Positions 54,501-57,533 of a stretch of DNA of 64,000 nt are shown here, in pieces (the stretch's first letter is position 1; each line of letters opens with the position of its first letter). The DNA comes from an uncultured Clostridia bacterium (GTDB lineage Bacteria; Bacillota; Clostridia; Christensenellales; CAG-917): NCBI GenBank assembly GCA_949286725.1, contig CASECZ010000004.1, positions 23,159-87,158 of the forward strand, in the 5' to 3' direction. Position numbers and translations under genes: made by a program. The notes below the pieces were generated by a model, which was given only the letters and a program-made list of their open reading frames with translations, ran no database searches and had not been told where the DNA came from.

Positions 54501-55306
54501 TCTATGCCGATGACGTCGTTGACAAGAGTCACGATATCCGTGGGAATGAGACCGCCGGGAGCGAACAGACCCGTGATGAGCGTCCACAACAGAGTGGGAA
54601 TCGCCATCGGAATTTCCAGACGCTGAGAACCGTCGGCAAGAGTGTACACGCGGGATTCGCCCATCAGGGCGATGAAAATGCTTTCGAGCGAGCCGAGGTC
54701 GAGATTGAGCCCCGCAAGCTGGGAAATGAGATCACCGACGTCGATACCGAGCAGTTTATCGAGCAAAAGCTCGGAAAAATCGGAACTGCCGAACGCATCG
54801 CTGAGAGTCGAGATAATCGCCGTCATGTCGATGTCGTCGGTCTTGACCGCCGTGGCACCCTTCTTGATGCCCGTGCAATCGTAGACTATCGTCGAGTCGA
54901 AATAGTAAAAACCGATGAGCATTTTGGACAGCGTGCCGTCGAGTTCCGCCCGCCACAATTCCATCCTCATTTCGGAATTGGCGTCGTTTTCGGGATCGAT
55001 GGCCATCTGGAACCGCAAGGCGAAAGACTTGTTGTTCCTGTCGCGTATGTAGTCGAGATAGAGGAGCGCGTCGGCATTTATGTAGCCGTCCTGCCCTTCT
55101 CCCGAATTCAACGCCGCTTCCTTGAAGATGGCGTAGGCTTCCGCAGCCGAGACGATATCCGGCGTCGCCTCGACAGAACTGTCGGGGGGTGTCGGAATGG
55201 TCGGTATGTTACTTCCGCTGTTGGTGGTAGTGTTGCAAGCGACGAGAGCGCCCGTCACCAAGCACAACATCAACACGAAAAGCAACGCAACTTTTAGTCT
55301 TCTCAT
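33536..55306 (-). CDS. giant (7,256 aa) putative surface lipoprotein: lipobox signal peptide, about 14 divergent beta-rich modules separated by acidic linkers, and a C-terminal Ig-like domain array; family unknown
   Basis: Uninterrupted 21,771-nt ORF. ATG 55306 follows AGGAGGG. The N-terminus MRRLKVALLFVLMLCLVTGALVAC carries the lipobox LVAC. GC3 codon bias is consistent throughout. The gene has its own promoter and is bracketed by terminators. Confidence 0.9.
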   Translation of the reverse strand: MRRLKVALLFVLMLCLVTGALVACNTTTNSGSNIPTIPTPPDSSVEATPDIVSAAEAYAIFKEAALNSGEGQDGYINADALLYLDYIRDRNNKSFALRFQMAIDPENDANSEMRMELWRAELDGTLSKMLIGFYYFDSTIVYDCTGIKKGATAVKTDDIDMTAIISTLSDAFGSSDFSELLLDKLLGIDVGDLISQLAGLNLDLGSLESIFIALMGESRVYTLADGSQRLEIPMAIPTLLWTLITGLFAPGGLIPTDIVTLVNDVIGIDLNMLAALVPESVSLYLVSEIKNDRLLSSSFDVGMAFDTTGTALEGSYGIIQSQLDLSLGARTINYGTPVINNALYLTDAKAPEGEPESAGGRGLDITSLGEYSLLTFDLTIGLDVLLKQGTHTVDSIVGAFGTLISGLIPGYSELPEALKTKEIVFDDLNQGLNITVKGGLNMRDSAQTNLVVELTGQQGQVRARIAYVGADQALYVDLSGILGTGMFKVTGLNLNAVLGDLIDQLITTIKDGISGLSASEQEAVADYVARAEQAIAEGDIVRGVTADDNGAAIQDTIGLIVAIINNIDVNMDGNIFNIQGVTVTLTQSILDYIFGLVFTGDNAGAKIPIVGDVKLEYTNDGFGALKNFDLGVNLGVDNTTVAGLGVNIAAQFGSVRDSELFDQTIADCRAANEAGKYIPLVSFDELRAVLADLDNADISTLFKNVDTIGFGLEIGVNISADASKLADIKYDNGTDLILTVMAAFTEAFGADATLVIQAELGGLGDLIAGSGSVASLITSSNFHIALEVSDGSAPLELWLMQGVLYIKTDEALLGGMAVKMDIGPMLAGLFPEQPAGSQAVSAAEENSSIDVMGLLIAALAGVRIGDTYIDVYLATGLISQLFALLDVKGLTIEGADGGDLTIDDGSGISITLKDGLNLTELELEVALGVGDVFDMGVSIGGINCAVNDINYITAPDEEQFSDFFANPYVYLSLGAGIGGQINAGEIKLPEDFGSIEVGENITLDYGLSLKAKVDLAPILADFLGQTLPADYVNGTELSLVLDDGTSPRIAIYYKDGKLYVDANALGIAPVALDVDIVSLIMSLLADSGSGNEGAGVTTAEAVSPDSDAGKATDKNALLFALQITSKGMTIELVQGLTELLVNLVGISLPEISAMIAVDWTQIGVTDTDGKLLDVNVGIGEDANLNIYIDAIGVALAQKAAQQVVISEETAAQFGGYATIGAVSEDEKGNIAFVLQESVYLSIQGAINLSALADAENEMTVGEWISAFLEDTQISQDPAVNAQIKSLIAQIVLKFGIDRNVSTSISFRIAANIRFNAANIADINYILSHSDIALEIYDGAITDGSTPLLAVYLVGGENGSNVYISSAEDGLLNNFKLKIPNLDLATLLASSDSEDTPAATTADEVVVEEGTDSNVLDIIQNIIGNVINGIYMDNSTAKINLGAQFVTFILNTFVTNEDGSPAITLPDNFVELVPENSFVSLWYGDGPFKIQLSLGVNPFIVGIELSDLQVGFGDEYSVLPDNFAEQEYKSIYDGLEWLSVSTNVELDVRLGNTDNFENNELPIGDLISALVSELEFALGLEISNDLRLDANVYVGANINLINPTETEIVLQLTDRLDNDKDILGIYLRGSQIWVTGVLFSNPFTIENTAFAALISQKIAEFMSGNTGDNSSANGASSAVAAAEGEQASDPLEVLFNISENHLSLIITKELLTTLISALAGDQAEEISNIIETLNPNAELDIDFSAPSLNLDVDAGFVGLGLSIVKPSVGMSKNEDISNVIKNATEEADGTLKDFNSYKQSSVVRFDITLNVSYSASATYQELSDKEANKYPASERYIRLSDGTYVQNPTGTWVRQPLNLSQLVGEILNMQSIKDAIGGLELGDLNVLVTTLLNALGLDLALNDPIDDNFDIILTGALDLTAINFDQLLAGNFSDGVFDNLDIITILRDALQLGIQFVFNPDSAREAMLALYLSDGILYADLQGDGGAASLGGPKIKLNLIEMLDKLGVFDPDPETPASTEAVSAEEQSGEAGEEGIDAQSLLDIVTALVRKLALSSSIMTGTPDDAQNILTGGLALSAYFNTNLIAAVAALITGNESVDFDSYDLDEASRLYIDLSNGGLSLGVEVIAATGFTVNVEAKSGIELDFATENASVVGEQEKNGYVDLTQYIYGILKLTGNEDFVDYDTDLLQGQRITVGLGGILYFESTASDSYNLGSLVSSWIEDLVLELKTQSAFYDGVGFRVSLAADPTKLAIDALLGDTPDFVKFLSGSDLMAIELALELMELDAQGNVVYDENGEEKILGGIYLYRGDLYLDGTDIFDIVGNYSYVPNFLQFVLEAAQLGQDATGGAASASDSAVSVADGDADAARNAMISLVYSSTTFQIVITKAIVSLVLATLVPDLGGISDIFDTLQLSLDVDLGKYNYKDISDSLGDETTYPKGHRYTSYENEEFALASKYGVQGDYIKLVEKVDGSDLYLTADDYLFYVKDGQSYNIATSIEEGKTYYIRYNDRYYEIENDRYVRLYGYVQDDNGTLFREFDPYTRLREYYLGVNINIDAIDIGLKLGGLDLAFGNNQLLPEYILKGVDKHDPDVKVPLLPFYDSVVTVGASVEFNLGITEGKINFGEMLSFLLGDIGDIVVEMPATAKGSSSAHFRIDASVMLDMNEITNSEIVLRVFNLSSEVGAEVQWLAAYYMRDMLYLDLSFFGLPKLAVKLTMISEYLDDLLGDLLDGSIYDDVEIPSASASEAVSADETVSTADNLTTEEKVAQLLISNRRLAISIGNAVLRYALSLVKLGDYELGDFIYDDLLGSLDVAIDLNDGVSVEIGAHLELEGERYLPVTSDQIVEGGKYYVFFADAAGMYTPTDDGYRAMGTSDIAENLARYARYEVTKNSEDNSYVYTKDDNTVSITDEVIYAWQAGTQANPQAHDMKLDLMLAVNNLDVYFTSQREYTLTVEELNEYKYFNDIDNIKLNETISLDLLFDHDAEVDLTPLLNYLFPDATQEIKAAINSMSNNDGDVERKIDLSVSIEFRLGGFIQLMRQLGSNIPDFEIPEGDLDLIGFIQLLSAIIDNENVAADLGLEMLLDYINASIEIITYDPDFEGGGAHKILGVYLISGEDDSEFLPNENGIKGSNNGLFIDLSYFGQPGIQIKIDELKTFIDDLMGDSSAEGAVSEAVAADEDDGGLSLPIQVDVDLDLPLISSEIAAYIGAFLYGIQITSSYIRLLTQADIINNLLFLLTGAQIDLGEQNNQSYVTINTDFNNYRFVTVANAEHNQIDYANTRFTIEEAADGLYYQPSAGEFTLWTEDAGDVTRYNIVTLDTYIKVDDAYVSSADANRTDWIRAERHSGNAIAALNDTYVFYVKDAEGDTYSELGTDVYVIYATDTRKPVIEIGLYLWEYKIGLAIQLPTTDATHYEYISVADGEGSYVANPMYQFTPDATADANDNAYLYYRGEFYPIVNSNAYTYNGTYNKVDAVGAYDGTYYLLVNVVDKNYTVYVPITEDRVYRGDKLSHESYINVGEGNGNYDVKEAESLISKPDYFVNYKGAIDAEAYNAVDSTLYLDPATLEIVTKAVYEDRYGANTAVSAEAFDKAEVYFVRVGNNFVSVKEYGELTDEKVYPSNKIKYVDTEELYSISLTLRGSLKLGQYALYLTADEWMEKTGSSTLPADKYAFVDGHYVLDANGTYYRYTASSAEMDQVLGGILGELNANFNVANNYSAEILFEIRLNATLDYSSDDTIKSLYFKNVGLAIDAWRREQTDGTLTHIIGLYYENDPDSGAALYADLTWLLGSGAKFKIDLSAYSIEDLLADKLDLGEILGGLTSSESDEATTASDARSGGVNVGDPSGAYGLLNFYTRSLALKASAGFIKLIVNMVAPNTGAAFEEYLPNIVINAQIDLDPYDITIGATLFDETGEKGLLDIALTLNLFNNENPSQGMQIDFGSEEDFAALNEDRIKSESKDYIYYYGMYTYVGEGNGSYAKDGTEKGYVNVGEGKGSYVKNTEVGKKLINQTSDYALSERYALIPDGYRQIQVGDTVTDGTTVYYYRYYYTTERTEMAVFDAASYNGVPLAYTRGEGTVVTAIDGQYGKLYVRDDTAKGGYVLDGNGVYMDYTLFSDYVELLSLNLGDLLGGGSLDIFSMLGDIRTLELSFSLDISLKFSDIINWTEQLSKLMTLKDGVTNNYFKFLLASLARNQAEFMSYIGGTLKVYLQLNAEELIGALPTLTSGAELSVDAILPLLAGTKAYIEFYYDTNYHGDRIEEGDPNLAEEPLRIWLEITPELNANVYISGNKLGELIETGNATLGDFLGQNIYLEGLPIMTLIESLAKEESATEEQASDAAAADEPVVGAPSLGENDLGIDVGNANTGLLPEDVWGVFDMILGQVLFANDMLSVGLAQNLLENLIKNFVPDFNEESYGYLPLIKVTDGSDTSGINILFGGTPSIQVQVGFMSGMETVISKDEISANNENDRYIAEKLYGITDLDAYLAELPTVTKGVDGKYIAGGNDIVLSTSKYALVPYAASDVIWLGKRYDLVIDQDGNLDFNDVANPYANAWTENNTSGLYGDVPKELTDYQGHNDTVTYATGTKMLVSQIELLMHRTDKDWTYSGKRYDLDPTKIEGQYLCLGDVNLALTIGELGIRINDEFSAPDFQEFVTEEKPAVNVAEAKLRLSTNLDVSFYGEPGEAIDLSELLDIILGLIMKETGADIASSELVVNIIGELGNSKYPYCNVAIDAFIDVADLGNMQVKLSVKRYSTKGVLSDTNMLEVSLVNDSVYVDLSGMLGEGVKVAITDLGLVALLEEKLSGVYDVIGAGSTSSDDASTATITDAIAMTLHEFAYLGVLINPGYFSMQLTTMVINSLIAKISEADPELATDVVLPDLGDIMLAAYGSSRDGARLSLNAKFAEDFTGSIDINEIVLGTKPIFDDSDTFADYKEFYNITTGKIANDIYISADAFLQLSMTSKGLEAGNVLYDDSLAGWGIKLITDLLLGVLGENVSLFSESLQSYYSPVSKDDALNWVNGGGTVYFKTSAADGSETYEAVTDAASITDGVQYYKFTPGVDVVFAENDVNLLIDITADIDLGAIINYGIGGILFSDLKVDIRLGEPFNSQFLTLYYLGSSRLTKTGNIYTLGTNGTIFSDAIYIDASGLGLGKIKFQGITGLLGANIGSAFDNSAADNSDDSAATSADETPDGDKAETGDVIEGVSLAINIAEGSIGLELDSNLLGVVFGMLGDDIAGYLPPIQKLALNLALDDNGISQISLEAVVDKASTGLQLSISDIGLALEKRIDVEGIVGEVSIGYAGLTYSKTAGLMTLIQNVLDGLSPALALTLEKNTDFVSMTAENTYVYNQIAKYGNNGASAVTLTGVRKTSSIGNGVPDYHLVLDLSITHPDRGPGSGAFTAKVHFGNNNILIQDLDVANGTVNSLVGTILGDPINLASMVGGGSQLFSFAYSDADSAEWNYSSASTTPDFPGAVSASDDVTTDATSALDMSYEPKLDGLIQKITLNLFNSNGYQPYLSGMKTVSEFSDKDEDSKFISIKIEFGKDAFNELLIMVYTIVLNLIASFTDSRSSSAFFFPNPDSMGSYATSYYYFTGPWPASIWGTPIHDVSGGVLEFSNNIVKKNANGESLMTRLASYSTTQEKVNFLKPYVTDIPVALLQYVLYGGLLGVDDSLVGAATGAAGDSVGNLGIIIGSLLPLAFASYDPSVPNPSLNIYIDLSPNASDYGVSTTVTPGIQALELMVNVSKTAAGGKNVTNGTSSKNGLDSFRDSMILTINPLSLLGNTDGNNKGLLGFVEADTATLVNNNGIVGDKTEIVISDPATRKGQITFDNGSTQEITLNGTSLAEVLPLTANVTFPNSQTSANGTTVVWDAASVDLTAAGVDATDGRRLAGYVYGYALNNVVAAIPVYITNDYAFSNIYAYADPDDDGTYTQSKLELDMTTAGKMQALPDIVRIKFLTGGTRTFATQLTDEEGNGLVAVLKKTDGSIEELTAKDAEGALIPNADGGKYKLYPAFTAAVIEGETIKDETNGLTYLVIDPNKLPTGRNFPVGVITWDTSTYKYGFDGAFDEEGNAGQTTLNIGFSYQWGYAATASATYPVTIKRAAISSVTRFANNDNTVTVKNFESYKGNTIDALIGGKSLFEYLSTTYTTVSGRYTSNKSFNGLYIDWESVDRTALDAAIKAITNADGDVEYWRGLDVTLTLYVGEYYVYRSLDSKTGNVVYGMMDAVGFVNADETVGAVTVRQPLNVRILIEATDPPVADNADLPDAVTDAPKAVAMNFNDGSEAYMGNEGYLEYTIESSAQLYGALPTTGTVVNAVTGEETFATFDWNGFKYDAEADVDTALLTVKSAAGNAEYPVMVTLAANGEVSDAINNVLGENSTSSASKINDPAYRTIIVDPYKWASYAAFVATLPKTLEVTVSDGTTKTLNVNWGTVEWGNDAALPVEGYRNDDFAITFTDENGTVYNYTVPMIVIARTIADSEFVPDGYTFIGEVRRFSTIVRTYTNFGEGENGQVIEVSYDRDTGLPTAITFYNSFEYKEGAMFGKGNPFDSIVLTFAGSNASVEYDVSVKEDKVTLPADFSSNTTSETNVQLEIKNADLVVGTLNIGITFKAVRITRYNSTIAADDLVTLRYNFNAYESVTPFNNDGYKNDFVYFVDGKFVKYADYEAADSVYKQYAYKVLGGNRYDYDESTRTYSLVKDGEYVFVYTAADTITVSRWDHAGLTYTYAGGVRNTSAIIKQSGAASKEVSVSVPLNFEDATAVNILFSADDFKESKNVRKVTEGEGESAVVTRIAFATDGNFATNGTEDGYLNYFDIDTQTYHFDPFSGIKLSEEFFPTTATLVTADGKQIAGVGVKCDFATIGMDYQGGTYTLAIEVNALEIGRNDAAAGKEETTLTIKKQTVRKAMAEVVSHNVTGLADGMNTVITDLQKEIINPYDFSMVSFKNKLPDTLAVNYDNGNLQTYSEADASYKLEWKTSTMKVNYLGGIAELTALLTGPDGSTQEYAIEFNVYRVLVTKIEGIKGGTEGFTFGTEVGSTTFGVSNETHTINPYDAATQSLPKGYKVYFSKYTYADGTFAKVDGGDYTTDYSYIAVAMPTTLNMTVDLAKTGGEGRAALQIGNGQRLSIKLSVPAVKLTDTTTSLKAGTTLTTKTTVNGYSVYVVWHGTATVKYNGDASEAKYYVTFASTEETYTIPKIADRSVEYNLTPYVGAVIDAAGRVLDTETVNVGTAESPRYITVPKAQIKGTASTVTV
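33539..37790 (-). other. C-terminal region of about 1,400 aa of tandem Ig-like (Big_4-like) beta-sandwich domains in the giant protein
   Basis: There are at least 7 occurrences of the pattern LP-x-T/K-h-x-V-x(3-8)-G-x(3-8)-h-x-V-x-W. Examples are LPLTANVTFPNSQTSANGTTVVWD, LPKTLEVTVSDGTTKTLNVNWGTVEW, LPDTLAVNYDNGNLQTY...KLEW and LPTTGTVVNAVTGEETFATFDW. Confidence 0.55.
38147..53887 (-). repeat. region of about 14 divergent protein modules (254-645 aa each) within the giant gene, each ending in a [LVI][YF][VIL][DKS]-type strand motif followed by an acidic Ala/Ser/Thr/Asp/Glu linker
   Basis: Motif codons lie at 53870..53887, 52880..52897, 52118..52135, 51209..51226, 50420..50437, 49364..49381, 48359..48376, 47198..47215, 45884..45901, 43949..43966, 42437..42454, 40970..40987, 39866..39883 and 38147..38164. 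Similarity is at protein level only; I saw no near-identical DNA repeats. Confidence 0.7.
55235..55306 (-). other. type II (lipoprotein) signal peptide with lipobox L-V-A-C (Cys24)
   Basis: N-region MRRLK, hydrophobic core VALLFVLMLCLVTGA, and lipobox LVA|C, followed by the Thr/Ser/Pro-rich tether NTTTNSGSNIPTIPTPPDSS. Confidence 0.8.
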
Positions 55307-55366
55307 AGTTTCCCTCCTATGCTTCCCTTACGCGTATAACGCGCCCATAGACTAATATACATTTGA

Positions 55367-55396
55367 ATTATACGCACGGAGTGCGTCCGAATTCAA
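55367..55396 (-). promoter_or_regulatory. sigma-70-like promoter of the giant gene (TTGAAT-18-TATAAT) with a palindrome in the spacer
   Basis: On the minus strand the -35 is at 55391..55396 and the -10 at 55367..55372. The inverted repeat ACGCAC-gga-GTGCGT occupies 55372..55386. The roughly 55-nt leader has a second small hairpin at 55331..55343. Confidence 0.55.
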
Positions 55397-55459
55397 GCCG
55401 TTAATTATATTTAACGAAACATTAAAAACGAATTTTCGACGCGGATTTTGATTTAGGCA

Positions 55460-55484
55460 AAAAAAATAAGCCCTAAAAGGGCTT
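55460..55484 (-). terminator. rho-independent terminator of the PIG-L deacetylase gene (insulates the giant gene from upstream transcription)
   Basis: Minus strand reads aagccc-uuuua-gggcuu followed by a 6-U run (AUUUUUU; plus-strand A-run 55461..55466, i.e. aaaaaat to 55467), 59 nt after the stop at 55543. Confidence 0.7.
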
Positions 55485-55542
55485 AAATTTTGTTTTAACG
55501 TCTTTCGACACCTTCGGAAAATTTCTCTTTTTCCGTCCGAAA

Positions 55543-56340
55543 TTATTTGTGCCAGATGTCGCGACACAGCGACGAAACGAAATCCGCCACCATTCTTTCG
55601 GCAAAATCGTCCAGGGTTTCGCCGTGTGCGAGCGACGTCATGTCGACGGCGTAAATCACGGACTCGGACACGTCGTTCTCGTGACTGTGTCCGAAGGTGG
55701 CGTTAGCGTTGCGCCGCGCTTGCGCGGCGATATCGTATCTTTTGGCGGCGTTCTGCGTCTCGAATTCGTCCATCAAAGCGGCGGCGAGCGCGTCGTAACC
55801 GCTGACGTCCAGCGCGACCTTGTCGCGGTCGGCAAGCCAATCCAGCCCTCGCCACACCTCGCAACCGTAAATTTTGCGCGGTTTTTCGTCCTCGTTCAGC
55901 AAATTCACCGCCTTTATCGCGGCGACGCAGGCTGCGACGTGGGTGGGATGCGCGTCGAAAGGATTGTGAAGATAAAGCGTTTCGACGCTCGGATATTGTC
56001 GGAGAATTTCCGCCAGTTCCCCGACGAGCGAATCCGAACACTCCTTGACCTCCGCCGAACTTTTCTCCAACAACCAAAGGGCGGTATAACCGCCCTTTGC
56101 GGCTACTCTCTTCTGTTCCGCCGTGCGCAGTTCCGCCATATCCTCGTCACTCACTCCCGCATACTGCGGCGCACGGGGACAGCCTCCGCCGTCGGTGAGC
56201 ACCACGGCGACGAATCCCCCTTTGCCGTAACAGTCGGCAATTCCTTTCAATGCGAACATCTCCGTGTCGTCCTTGTGGGCGGACACCGCAATGCATTTCA
56301 CGGGAGCATTGCCGAACCCGTCGGGTACGTATTTTTCCAT
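55543..56340 (-). CDS. PIG-L/LmbE-family N-acetylglucosaminyl deacetylase
   Basis: 265 aa with the AHxDD motif (VSAHKDDTE) and later HPTH and Asp/His ligands. RBS GGAGG. No signal peptide. Confidence 0.75.
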   Translation of the reverse strand: MEKYVPDGFGNAPVKCIAVSAHKDDTEMFALKGIADCYGKGGFVAVVLTDGGGCPRAPQYAGVSDEDMAELRTAEQKRVAAKGGYTALWLLEKSSAEVKECSDSLVGELAEILRQYPSVETLYLHNPFDAHPTHVAACVAAIKAVNLLNEDEKPRKIYGCEVWRGLDWLADRDKVALDVSGYDALAAALMDEFETQNAAKRYDIAAQARRNANATFGHSHENDVSESVIYAVDMTSLAHGETLDDFAERMVADFVSSLCRDIWHK

Positions 56341-56414
56341 AGACCTCCTGCGACCGTGCCGCCGAAACGCCGCGGGTCGCCCGTTTCAACGCTTTTCTGC
56401 GTTCTTCGTATTGT

Positions 56415-56427
56415 ACACGATACGTGT
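56415..56427. promoter_or_regulatory. operator-like inverted repeat ACACgataCGTGT (site 1 of 3)
   Basis: ACAC-N5-GTGT with a conserved C before GTGT. It abuts/overlaps a candidate -10 TACAAT (minus strand, 56410..56415) upstream of the deacetylase gene. Confidence 0.5.
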
Positions 56428-56468
56428 TTTGTGCAAGTCTTAACCGAACTCGTTTTGCCTCGCAGAAA

Positions 56469-56481
56469 ACACAATTCGTGT
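56469..56481. promoter_or_regulatory. operator-like inverted repeat ACACaattCGTGT (site 2 of 3)
   Basis: Same 13-nt pattern, 54 nt from site 1. Confidence 0.5.
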
Positions 56482-56542
56482 ATTTTCCATTATTTTCCAG
56501 GCATATTTTGCGCCTGTACAGAGGTTTTGCCGCTCTTTTGAT

Positions 56543-56555
56543 ACACTTATCGTGT
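56543..56555. promoter_or_regulatory. operator-like inverted repeat ACACttatCGTGT (site 3 of 3)
   Basis: Same 13-nt pattern, 74 nt from site 2 and 28 nt downstream of the stop of the 56583 gene. Confidence 0.5.
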
Positions 56556-56582
56556 TTTATTTCGAAATCGGCGCTTTTGCGT

Positions 56583-57467
56583 TTATTCGAATATTTTGCC
56601 TAGAGACTCGTCGTCGAGGGCGAAGTTTTCGGGCACGGCGATTATGCTCCATTTCTCCGTCATCGTCGCGCTTTCGCCCGTTGCGAGCTTATGCAGGGGC
56701 GAGAGCCACTCCACTTCGAGAATGTGTTCGTTGGTGTAACTTTCGAAATTACACCAGAAATCGCCGTATATGCCTGCGGCGGGGAGACACTCCCATTTGA
56801 CCGCCTTGTCGCCCACCGCGTAGTAAGCGCGACCTTTGCGGGTGAACGCGCCTATCTTGATGGCTTCGGGTCTGTCGGTCTGTCGCAGCGTGAGAAATTT
56901 TTTGCCGACGCGCAGTCTTTCGTCCTCGGGATCGTTGTAAGGCCAGCTCACGACGTTCTGCACGGGGTTGAGGTCGTCCGTCGGCTCGTTGAGCGGAAGC
57001 ACCATCGTGCCGCCCTTTGCCGATACCGTGAGCCCCCACACGGCAAGTTCGCGCGCGGCGCCTTTGTTCGTCACCGTGTTGCGCACCGTGAGCGTGCCGT
57101 CCTCCGCGAGGTCCAGCGCGAGTTCGTAGTCCAGGTTTTTGGCGACACGACAGGCAAAGCGTCCTCCGTACTGCGTCGTTTCGTATTCGACGGGGACGTT
57201 GTCGGGCGTGTACGTTTCGAGGTCCTCGGGCGACTTCCACACGCGGTGACCGCCGTAGAGATACCACAGCGTGCCTTTGCCGAAATTCTCGTCGAAGTAT
57301 TCGCCGCCTTTGTTGACGTTGCGCGCGATATCCTCGTTCATGAAGTTGAAGTTCTCCGTGCCGAAGTAGATGATGCGGGGACCCACGTCCACCGTGACAA
57401 GAACTTTTACGCCTCCGCGATAAAACTCGACGCATTTGCCGTAATTTGCGTACGATACGATATTCAT
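56583..57467 (-). CDS. hypothetical beta-sandwich protein (possibly DUF4380 / aldose-epimerase-like), co-located with GH20
   Basis: Track ORF 56583..57482 trimmed to MNIVSYANYGKCVEF (ATG 57467 after AAGGAGG). The family assignment is from weak recollection only. Confidence 0.6.
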   Translation of the reverse strand: MNIVSYANYGKCVEFYRGGVKVLVTVDVGPRIIYFGTENFNFMNEDIARNVNKGGEYFDENFGKGTLWYLYGGHRVWKSPEDLETYTPDNVPVEYETTQYGGRFACRVAKNLDYELALDLAEDGTLTVRNTVTNKGAARELAVWGLTVSAKGGTMVLPLNEPTDDLNPVQNVVSWPYNDPEDERLRVGKKFLTLRQTDRPEAIKIGAFTRKGRAYYAVGDKAVKWECLPAAGIYGDFWCNFESYTNEHILEVEWLSPLHKLATGESATMTEKWSIIAVPENFALDDESLGKIFE

Positions 57468-57533
57468 TGTGCCTCCTTGCAATACGCCCGCTCGAAAGCG
57501 GGCGAAAAATGAAAAATTCCGTTTTTTCGGAAA

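Noticed and set aside
33494-55297. Very long plus-strand ORFs inside the giant gene: 33494..37969 (1,491 aa), 39092..40285, 40436..43375 (979 aa), 44012..47428 (1,138 aa), 47543..48019, 48161..53206 (1,681 aa), 53936..55297.
   Set aside because: All start at positions congruent to 2 mod 3, the same register as the minus-strand codons. Their stops could therefore only arise from sense codons TTA, CTA or TCA, which this GC3-biased gene almost never uses. Their products are Arg/Val/Gly/Asp/His-rich low-information sequence with no RBSs. They are shadow ORFs, not genes.
33536-55306. The giant gene considered as an NRPS/PKS megasynthase, an RHS/YD-repeat toxin, or a T1SS RTX adhesin.
   Set aside because: There are no adenylation/condensation/KS/ACP core motifs. 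There are no YDxxGR(L/I) repeats or a C-terminal toxin tip. There are no GGxGxD RTX nonapeptides or a neighbouring ABC/MFP exporter. An N-terminal lipobox signal peptide points instead to Sec/Lgt export.
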